A stretch of 64,000 nucleotides of DNA from an uncultured bacterium (GTDB lineage: Bacteria; Krumholzibacteriota; Krumholzibacteriia; Krumholzibacteriales; Krumholzibacteriaceae), in assembly GCA_963786935.1 (NCBI GenBank), contig CAWBAN010000001.1, positions 1,440,001 to 1,504,000 of the forward strand. The letters are read 5' to 3'. Shown one piece after another: positions 57,687 through 64,000 of the stretch. Below the pieces are notes generated by a model. That model was given only the letters and a program-made list of their open reading frames with translations. It had not been told where the DNA came from and did no database searches. Position numbers and translations under genes: made by a program. Numbering within the stretch: position 1 is the stretch's first letter; each line of letters begins with the position of its first letter.

Positions 57687-58082
57687 TCATACAAGCTCAG
57701 CTCTGTGTTCCCGCAACAACTCCTTCAACACCGACCGGTGGCACCGAGTTTCATTCGCGCAGTAGCAGCCCACCGAAAAATTCGTCTGATGGGAGAGCGC
57801 GGCAAGGAGCGCAAGGAGGCGCTTGGCTTCGGGACGGCTCATTTCGGCCCGATACCGCTTCGTGAATGTCTTCCACGCTCGCTCATCCGGCGCATGGAGC
57901 GCCTGTTTGAGCAGCGCCTCCGAGGGCGCGAGCTCCGGAAGCCACACGTCGTACAGGTCGCGCGACGCGTACTCGGCCTTCGGCACGCCGCGCGGCGGTC
58001 GCCGCACGGTGCCGATGCGCAGCCCTTCGTCAGGCGCCCGCGGGCTTCCCAACCGCACCACGCGAACAGCCATGCGGGTCAC
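57687..58082 (-). CDS. DUF488 (YeaO-like) protein
   Basis: VRRPPRGV, WLPELAPS, YRAEM, CYC...CHR. Confidence 0.8.
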   Translation of the reverse strand: MTRMAVRVVRLGSPRAPDEGLRIGTVRRPPRGVPKAEYASRDLYDVWLPELAPSEALLKQALHAPDERAWKTFTKRYRAEMSRPEAKRLLALLAALSHQTNFSVGCYCANETRCHRSVLKELLREHRAELV

Positions 58083-58444
58083 CTCACGTTGAAAAAGATC
58101 TCTTTCGACTTATGACGCAAGTCGATGCTCGCCCGGTCCGTGGCGACGAGCACATAGAGCATGTTGAGCGCCGCAAGAGGCGACGGCACGTGGCGCCGGG
58201 TCCGCGTGCGAGTGTAGACGAGCTTGGAGGTGACCTGCTGCTGCCCGCGCAGCCGGCGGTAGAGCCGGTCGACGGCGCGCTTGCCGACAAGGTTGAAATT
58301 GCCCGCGCTCCGCTTGCTGTGGGAAACGGACATGACGAAGTACTGCCGCGCGCTGGAGAGCACGTAGTAGTGCTGGCGCTTCCCCTCCACTTCTCCGTGG
58401 AACTCCAAACCCTTCATCAAGCTCGTGAGGCTCAACCGTTTCAT
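58079..58444 (-). CDS. Hypothetical basic protein
   Basis: GGAGG RBS; stop overlaps next gene start; coding-like composition. Confidence 0.6.
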   Translation of the reverse strand: MKRLSLTSLMKGLEFHGEVEGKRQHYYVLSSARQYFVMSVSHSKRSAGNFNLVGKRAVDRLYRRLRGQQQVTSKLVYTRTRTRRHVPSPLAALNMLYVLVATDRASIDLRHKSKEIFFNVR

Positions 58445-58464
58445 CTTCGCGCCTCCTCCCGATT

Positions 58465-58863
58465 TCATTCTTCGACGTAAACGGGCCGAACGACCAGGAT
58501 CGTCTCGCTCCGGCGATAGGACAGGTAGCGGTTGCCCGCCGCGGAGAAGTGCAGGATGCACGGGGTCGTAGCGAGCCCGCTCCCGTGAACGCAGGGAACG
58601 CCGCTGGATTCGATGAAATGATAGAGCGCCGCGAGCGCGAGCGTGTCTCCATGCTCCTGTATTTCTATTCGTTCGAGATGGTTGCAGCCCATGGGGTACA
58701 CATGAACGACGCCATATGATTCGCTATTTTGAATCGTGTCGCCGACGAGAACCGTATCGATATACGAATATTCGAAGTAATCGGTGCCGACATTAGTGCT
58801 CTCGTCGCACGCGGCGACATACGAGAGCGAGACACCGAGAAGGATGACGGCGAAGCGTTTCAT
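58465..58863 (-). CDS. Hypothetical lipoprotein
   Basis: GGAGG RBS; lipobox YVAAC; GC and PC Cys residues. Confidence 0.6.
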   Translation of the reverse strand: MKRFAVILLGVSLSYVAACDESTNVGTDYFEYSYIDTVLVGDTIQNSESYGVVHVYPMGCNHLERIEIQEHGDTLALAALYHFIESSGVPCVHGSGLATTPCILHFSAAGNRYLSYRRSETILVVRPVYVEE

Positions 58864-58920
58864 GGATCCTCCATTCGCTCGAGCTTGCATACGGCACCCT
58901 TGTCTCGCTGACGAGGTGCG

Positions 58921-59538
58921 TCAGCCCATGCGATTGTCGGGCGGAGACCGGAACAGCCAAACGAGCACACAACCCGTTATGACGCCCAGAACGATTCCGC
59001 CGCTCACGAAGGCCAGGAGCGGTCGCAGCCACTGCAGCGGTCCTGACGCCGGATTGTAGCGAATGGCAAGAAGCGCCAGAGTCGTCGCCGCGGCAAGCGT
59101 CCATGCGAACGCCGAGGCCGGCGCCCAGAAGTATGCCCTGATGCTTCGAATGCCGAAGAGCCGGTGCTGCCCAATCCCCACGAGCAGCGCGCCGAGAGCG
59201 GCGGGGACGATCAAGATCGAGCCGTCAAGGTTGTAACCGATCAGATCGCAGAGCGCGAACGGAAGGGTCATGCCGATCGCGGACGCCCAGAACCACACAC
59301 TGGTGGCGCCGAATGAACGTCGCGCAACGAGCCACTGGAGGAATCCGATAGTCGCTCCCATGGCGAGCCCGAGCGCGAACTGCCCCTCCGGCAACCCGAC
59401 TGCTTCGGCGCCGGCAAAGAGCAGCACCATGATGGGAATACTGGCGACCCACCCGAGCGAGGTTGCCAGCACCCACCGCCCGAAGGGGACGCGACGAATC
59501 GACTGAGGCTCGGAAACGACGTCTCTCACGGCCTTCAC
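58921..59538 (-). CDS. Hypothetical polytopic membrane protein
   Basis: About six hydrophobic segments with repeated GxxxG and QW motifs. Confidence 0.6.
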   Translation of the reverse strand: MKAVRDVVSEPQSIRRVPFGRWVLATSLGWVASIPIMVLLFAGAEAVGLPEGQFALGLAMGATIGFLQWLVARRSFGATSVWFWASAIGMTLPFALCDLIGYNLDGSILIVPAALGALLVGIGQHRLFGIRSIRAYFWAPASAFAWTLAAATTLALLAIRYNPASGPLQWLRPLLAFVSGGIVLGVITGCVLVWLFRSPPDNRMG

Positions 59539-59583
59539 CTCCGCCTGCGCGCGAGCCGGGCCGCTGCCCGGTGCGCCCGCATC

Positions 59584-60069
59584 TCAACCGCGACGCGCCG
59601 CTTCGATTGCGGCGACGTCGATTTTTCCCATCTGCATCATCGCATCGAACGCGCGCTTGGCGGCGGCCGGATCGGGGTCGGCGATCGCCTTCGTCAGGGC
59701 GATCGGCGTTATCTGCCAGGACAATCCCCACCTGTCCTTGCACCAGCCGCACGCGCTTTCCTGACCGCCGTTGCCGACGATCGCATTCCAATAGCGATCC
59801 GTTTCGGCTTGGTCGACCGTCGCCACCTGAAACGAAAACGCCTCGCTTTGAGTGAACTCAGAACCGCCGTTGAGCCCGAGGCACGGAATGCCCATCACGG
59901 TGAACTCGACGGTCAATACGTCCCCTTTCTTCCCCGACGGGAAGTCTCCCGGCGCACGGTACACAGCTCCGACGGACGAGTCGGGAAACGTTTCGGCGTA
60001 GAAGCGTGCCGCGTCCTCGGCGTTTTTGTCGAACCAAAGACAGACCGTGTTCTTTGCAGGCGTGCTCAT
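59584..60069 (-). CDS. VOC family protein (PhnB/3-demethylubiquinone-9 3-methyltransferase-like)
   Basis: CLWFD..AEDAARFY, LNGG, CGWCKDRWGLSWQI, MMQMGKIDVA. Confidence 0.9.
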   Translation of the reverse strand: MSTPAKNTVCLWFDKNAEDAARFYAETFPDSSVGAVYRAPGDFPSGKKGDVLTVEFTVMGIPCLGLNGGSEFTQSEAFSFQVATVDQAETDRYWNAIVGNGGQESACGWCKDRWGLSWQITPIALTKAIADPDPAAAKRAFDAMMQMGKIDVAAIEAARRG

Positions 60070-60196
60070 GTCGGTCCTCCGGTGAGAGGTGCCGTCCCCT
60101 GAGATTGCCGCAATTCTATCACAATCGTGTTTCCTGCGGCACAAGAACATTCGATGGGAAACGAGCGCGCGGGTCGGGATCGGGCGCTTCCGGGCC

Positions 60197-60769
60197 CTAT
60201 CGGCCCCGGCCGAGTCTCTGGCCCAGCTCGTAGGCCCGTTTCATGACGGCCTTCTCGCGGCTGATATCGCCGCCGGCCGTGCTCCCGTGGACGGTGCCGA
60301 CGATATCGGCGCCGATGAACTCGAACATATCCTTGAACGAAGCGATCGCGTTTTCGCCGCCCGAGCTCTCGAGATCCTCGGCCCCGTAGGCGAGTATCAG
60401 GCCGATTTCTTTCCCTTTGAGCGCGCTCCCTTCCGGGCCCTGCATGGCGTAGAAGCCGCGGTCGATGAAGAGCTTCGTCTGGGCGGAGACGTTGAACCAG
60501 TAGACGGGGCTTGCGATCACCAAGGCGTCCGCGCGGCGGAGGAGCGGATAGAGCGTCCGCATGTCGTCCTCGATGACGCAGTCCGCGTCCGCGGACTCGA
60601 GACAGGCGTCGCATGCGGTGCACGGACGGATGTCCATGGAATGCAGGGCGTAGCGGTGGACTGCGGCGCCCGCCTCCTCGGCGCCCTTGCGCACCTCATC
60701 CGCGAGCGTGGCGCACGCGCCTTTCGGCCGCGGGCTTCCGACGACGATAAGGATCTCACGTTTGGCCAA
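60197..60769 (-). CDS. Flavodoxin-fold NADPH-dependent FMN reductase / iron-sulfur flavoprotein
   Basis: GSPR, PCTACDAC...CVIEDD, ASPVYW, KLFIDR; start TTG 60769 or ATG 60781. Confidence 0.85.
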   Translation of the reverse strand: MAKREILIVVGSPRPKGACATLADEVRKGAEEAGAAVHRYALHSMDIRPCTACDACLESADADCVIEDDMRTLYPLLRRADALVIASPVYWFNVSAQTKLFIDRGFYAMQGPEGSALKGKEIGLILAYGAEDLESSGGENAIASFKDMFEFIGADIVGTVHGSTAGGDISREKAVMKRAYELGQRLGRGR

Positions 60770-60858
60770 AGGCCTCCTCATTTCTCGCCGAAGCCCTTGC
60801 TCTCGACATATACTCCGCTCGGCGCCGGAGGCCTCTCGGGTGAGGCTATTCTCCTTCT

Positions 60859-61548
60859 TCATTGTTCAACGCAAATCAACCCGTTCAGATCATCGCAAGG
60901 TCGCCATCCCCATTGAGTCCAACATCCTTCACCAAGATTCCCCGCGGTCCCCGGCGCTGGAACGATAGTATATCCGCACATCCCCCCGGCCGACGATATT
61001 CCGCTGGTCCAATTGTTGCAGTGCTTTAGAAAAGACTGTATATTGCCGAAGCCGTCGGTTCCGGTCCAAACAAGATGATATGGCAACTGCCTCTTATCTC
61101 CATGCTCGTCATAATTCATAATGCTGTCGCACTGTCTGGTCCCATTGGCCAATTCACTCCAATTGGCCGCAATGAGCTCTCCCCTTCTGTTGACGTATGG
61201 CAAATCGGAGTGGGATAATCGAGAGGACGCGCTCGTCGTTCCATCCGAGAGCCACGCCTTATACGTTCCGGATAGTTTTCCCCGCTTGGCATACTCCTGG
61301 CAGATACAGTCTCCCGCCTCCAAGCCAGTGCTCCTACCCGAGCATGACGACATCCAATCAATCAGGTTACCATTGCCTACATCACTTGTAATGAAGATGA
61401 TTTTGGCATCAGGATAGCTAGGAGGGTACGCTGGTGACTGGTCGTCATCACCTACGCTGTCCTCGCTTCCGCCGCACGAGATGATCGCCAATCCAATACA
61501 CAACGAGGTGAATACGCACACAATGCCCCGTTTCACATTCCCTTTCAT
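60859..61548 (-). CDS. Lipoprotein with DUF1554/endostatin-like (C-type-lectin-like) domain
   Basis: Lipobox IISCG; IFITS, GDCIC, YKAWLSD, WTGT, CNNWTS, C-terminal LICVEQ. Confidence 0.7.
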   Translation of the reverse strand: MKGNVKRGIVCVFTSLCIGLAIISCGGSEDSVGDDDQSPAYPPSYPDAKIIFITSDVGNGNLIDWMSSCSGRSTGLEAGDCICQEYAKRGKLSGTYKAWLSDGTTSASSRLSHSDLPYVNRRGELIAANWSELANGTRQCDSIMNYDEHGDKRQLPYHLVWTGTDGFGNIQSFLKHCNNWTSGISSAGGMCGYTIVPAPGTAGNLGEGCWTQWGWRPCDDLNGLICVEQ

Positions 61549-61622
61549 GCGTTCACTCCCTTCGGCTCCACTTCAGTCTAGTGTGCAGGCCAGCTTCTTC
61601 CTCGCAGACTGTTCCAGTTCAA

Positions 61623-62735
61623 TCATGGGCACGGATGCTCGGTCCGATAGAGCTCTATGGCGAATATCGAAAACGAGCAAACGTTGCCCAGCAACAGATC
61701 CGAATAGAAATCAAGATTGCCGTTCGCCAAAATGCATCGCCAGTCACAACCAAGAGACCTGATCGCCTCTTGATACTTCGCCCATGCCACCATTTTTCCG
61801 CAGATTGGTCCCAATAGACCGATTGGACATGTGGCGGACCAATAGATCTCGTCAAAGTAGATCTGTACTTCTTTCCGCAGCCATTCGATAGGTTGACCGC
61901 TGATCAATTCGTTCGCGTCACAAGCGGACGCCACACAATTATTGTCCAGATCGCAAATCTTGCAGTTATTCACGACAGCCGGAGTCGCTAAATAGTCGGC
62001 TACCCCCTGCAGCGCCTCCTCACGCAGGGATGCCAGTATACCCAGGATTTCATCCTGCGTGTCGCATCGCGTCAAATTTCTTGAAGGGGTTGAATTGGCA
62101 AGAACTTGCATGAGCGGATCGAGTCGACTCTCGATGCTCTGCTTCAAACCGGTCCATGCATCGAACATGCTCTGCATGTCTTCCATCGAATCTATTACCG
62201 TATCGTCGTCCACTTCGTTCAGCCGAATGGTTCCCCATCTGAACAAGCCGAGATTCTTTGTCGCGATGGTCAGTCTGTTGTCTTTGACTTGCCTCGCCGG
62301 GATTATTAGCCATTTGGCTTTAGCGGTGTTCCAATAATAAGCACCAAGTACATGCCCCTCCACAGATGGAAGGTAATTCACGGGCAACGTTATCTCGACG
62401 TCTTTCAAGAACGCTGCGCCAGAACGCAGATTGAACACGGGATAATCGCCGCTGAGTCCAGCCGGCAATTCGGGGGCGTTCCACGTTTGCTCAAGAGTGA
62501 CAGAAACTGTTGTATTTTGGGCTAAAGCCCCCGGTGGAATCGTGACCTTTACCCCTTTGATTGCGCTACTGGGATCAGTAACCTCGACCGTGCCGCCATC
62601 AGGGCCAATCACGCGTTCCGCAGGATTGATTTCTTCTGATGGCGCGCCATCATCTCCATCCCCGCATCCATCTACAAGCAGGGCGCACAGAGATATCGTC
62701 ATTATGGTGATAAGCCGGCACGTCAAATATCTCAT
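61623..62735 (-). CDS. Lipoprotein with ZU5-like domain and Cys-rich C-terminus
   Basis: Lipobox VDGC; IGPDGGTVEV...IPPGAL ZU5-like motif; many Cys. Confidence 0.6.
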   Translation of the reverse strand: MRYLTCRLITIMTISLCALLVDGCGDGDDGAPSEEINPAERVIGPDGGTVEVTDPSSAIKGVKVTIPPGALAQNTTVSVTLEQTWNAPELPAGLSGDYPVFNLRSGAAFLKDVEITLPVNYLPSVEGHVLGAYYWNTAKAKWLIIPARQVKDNRLTIATKNLGLFRWGTIRLNEVDDDTVIDSMEDMQSMFDAWTGLKQSIESRLDPLMQVLANSTPSRNLTRCDTQDEILGILASLREEALQGVADYLATPAVVNNCKICDLDNNCVASACDANELISGQPIEWLRKEVQIYFDEIYWSATCPIGLLGPICGKMVAWAKYQEAIRSLGCDWRCILANGNLDFYSDLLLGNVCSFSIFAIELYRTEHPCP

Positions 62736-62904
62736 CGACCCGACCTCCTTTTCATGATTAGAGGCGGATTCCTTCGTTGGGCAACTGAAAGAATCCCAAG
62801 TACTAACAAATACTCCTATTCATCGAGGTGGTCAAGGCAAAAGCCCGGAATACGGGCGTCATACGGGCATGGCGTCCACGTGCTCGAGGTATTCGCGCTT
62901 TCGA

Positions 62905-63420
62905 TCACCTGCCCCTGACAAACACGACGACGTGTCCCGGCTGCCACGATCCCGTTCGATTCTGAAACCAGCGATCGGTCAACGTGCCGTCGGCGCCGAT
63001 CTCGAAGGTGTTGCGGTAATCGTACGTCTTCCCCTGTATGGTCGCCTGGCCGCTCACGGTGATCGTGCCCTCCTCGAGGGCGACCACGCCCCGGTCGGAG
63101 CCGCCGCGGCTGTTGATGTTCCACAGGCAGACCTTTTGCTCGTTCGCGTCCCAGTAGATGTAGCCTTCGAGGAAGAAAGGAAAATCCGGAAGGGCGCGGG
63201 TGTAGTGGACGACCTTGCCGTTCCAGAGGGATTCGTAGGTCTGCGTTATCGGGAACGTCCGGCTCCCGTCGGGCAGAGGAAACTCTCCCTGCCACGGCGC
63301 GCCCAGAAGCGGTTCGAGAAAGGCCAGCTTCTCATCGAGCCCTTCGGCCCGCAGAGGAAGGCTGAGGCTCGCCGCCACAAGCAGGACCACACCAAAGAAC
63401 ATGTATCTCTTTGCGGTCAT
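62905..63420 (-). CDS. Secreted hypothetical beta-rich protein
   Basis: Signal peptide; LEPLLGAPWQG, YWDANE; GGAGGG RBS. Confidence 0.6.
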   Translation of the reverse strand: MTAKRYMFFGVVLLVAASLSLPLRAEGLDEKLAFLEPLLGAPWQGEFPLPDGSRTFPITQTYESLWNGKVVHYTRALPDFPFFLEGYIYWDANEQKVCLWNINSRGGSDRGVVALEEGTITVSGQATIQGKTYDYRNTFEIGADGTLTDRWFQNRTGSWQPGHVVVFVRGR

Positions 63421-63530
63421 CTGACCCTCCCCTTCCACTCATCGTTGCCGTTGGCTTCCACTGTCTGTTCGATTGCAGCCTCACACATTATCATCGGTCC
63501 ACGAAGGTTGGCCCCGGCATCGGCTGCAGC

Positions 63531-63617
63531 CGCATCAGCCGCCCCGGCGGGCCGGCGCGCCGCGCGCTCCGCGGGCGGCGTGACGGCAGCGGCCGCCGGC
63601 TGCATGCGGAGTTATAC
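63531..63617 (-). repeat. Degenerate attC-like imperfect palindrome
   Basis: Minus strand GTATAAC overlapping the GNAT stop, then TCCGCATGCAGCCG...CGGCTGATGCG; no GTT core at the distal end. Confidence 0.45.
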
Positions 63618-64000
63618 AGTGCCTCCATTGAGTTCCCTTGCTAAGCGTTCCATTTGCGGCTCGAATCCCATCGACTCAAAGAAGCTGCGAGCCTCATCAT
63701 TGAATTCCCACGTATCGAGAACGACTTGGCTCAAGCCTGCCTGCCGAGCGTGATCCAACAGCGCTTGAACAAGTCGCCTCCCGATACCTTTTCGCCGGAA
63801 GGCCGGATCCACCGCAATACGATCGAGGTACAGATATTTCGTCTCTTTTGCGAACATAGACTCGGGGGCTCCGCGCATCACACCCACAGCAAATCCGACA
63901 ACCTCGCCATCAATTCTGGCAACTACGGCGTACGCATTTGGCAGCTCGAGAGTCGCTCGTGAGACTTCAACAAGATGATGAACATCCACCGTCTTGAAGT
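63612..64000 (-). CDS. GNAT family N-acetyltransferase, 5' end probably outside the window
   Basis: IAVDPAFRRKGIGRRL, NDEARSFFESMGF; frame stays open to the window edge. Confidence 0.88.
   Translation of the reverse strand, partial: FKTVDVHHLVEVSRATLELPNAYAVVARIDGEVVGFAVGVMRGAPESMFAKETKYLYLDRIAVDPAFRRKGIGRRLVQALLDHARQAGLSQVVLDTWEFNDEARSFFESMGFEPQMERLARELNGGTV

Noticed and set aside
1..64000. Genome-wide UGA reassignment (code 4 or 25) as the explanation for read-through
   Set aside because: Many conserved genes end at TGA exactly where expected (gltX, ilvC, tilS, folP, cdaA, hypE), so UGA is still a stop and recoding must be site-specific.

Overview
64 kb of high-GC bacterial chromosome, apparently from an anaerobe (HypEF, NfnAB, several Fe-S proteins). 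A C-terminal SWGxIKxLFR motif hints at the Krumholzibacteriota/Latescibacterota/Eisenbacteria group; that is recollection, not a search result. The housekeeping core holds gltX with tRNA-Gln/tRNA-Glu, ilvC, tRNA-Met, tilS-hpt-ftsH-folP-cdaA, guaB, a PHP phosphatase, hypF-hypE and nfnAB. The strongest signal is three apparent in-frame UGA (selenocysteine) read-through genes that the ORF track truncates, all within 3.3-8.2 kb. (1) A secreted CBM6-like protein with C-G-A-U; the frame continues past UGA to complete the fold and ends in SWGAIKSLFR. (2) A 52-aa single-TM peptide with GVPT-U-MSQTC. (3) An FmdB-type zinc ribbon ending CGPT-U-GGC. Genes 2 and 3 sit in an ArsR-led operon. Each UGA is followed 12-13 nt later by a hairpin with a G-containing loop, resembling a bacterial SECIS. 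No sel machinery genes lie in the window. Other notable items are an operon of degenerate MCP-like and CheA-like genes with two HD-GYP proteins, an arsenic-type operon (Cys-tailed lipoprotein, ABC exporter, ArsR, frameshifted Acr3), two paralogous ECF sigma/anti-sigma pairs with a shared upstream motif, a diverged partial nfnA duplicate, a degenerate attC-like site and an unannotated histone-like basic protein at the left edge. All product calls come from reading motifs by eye.
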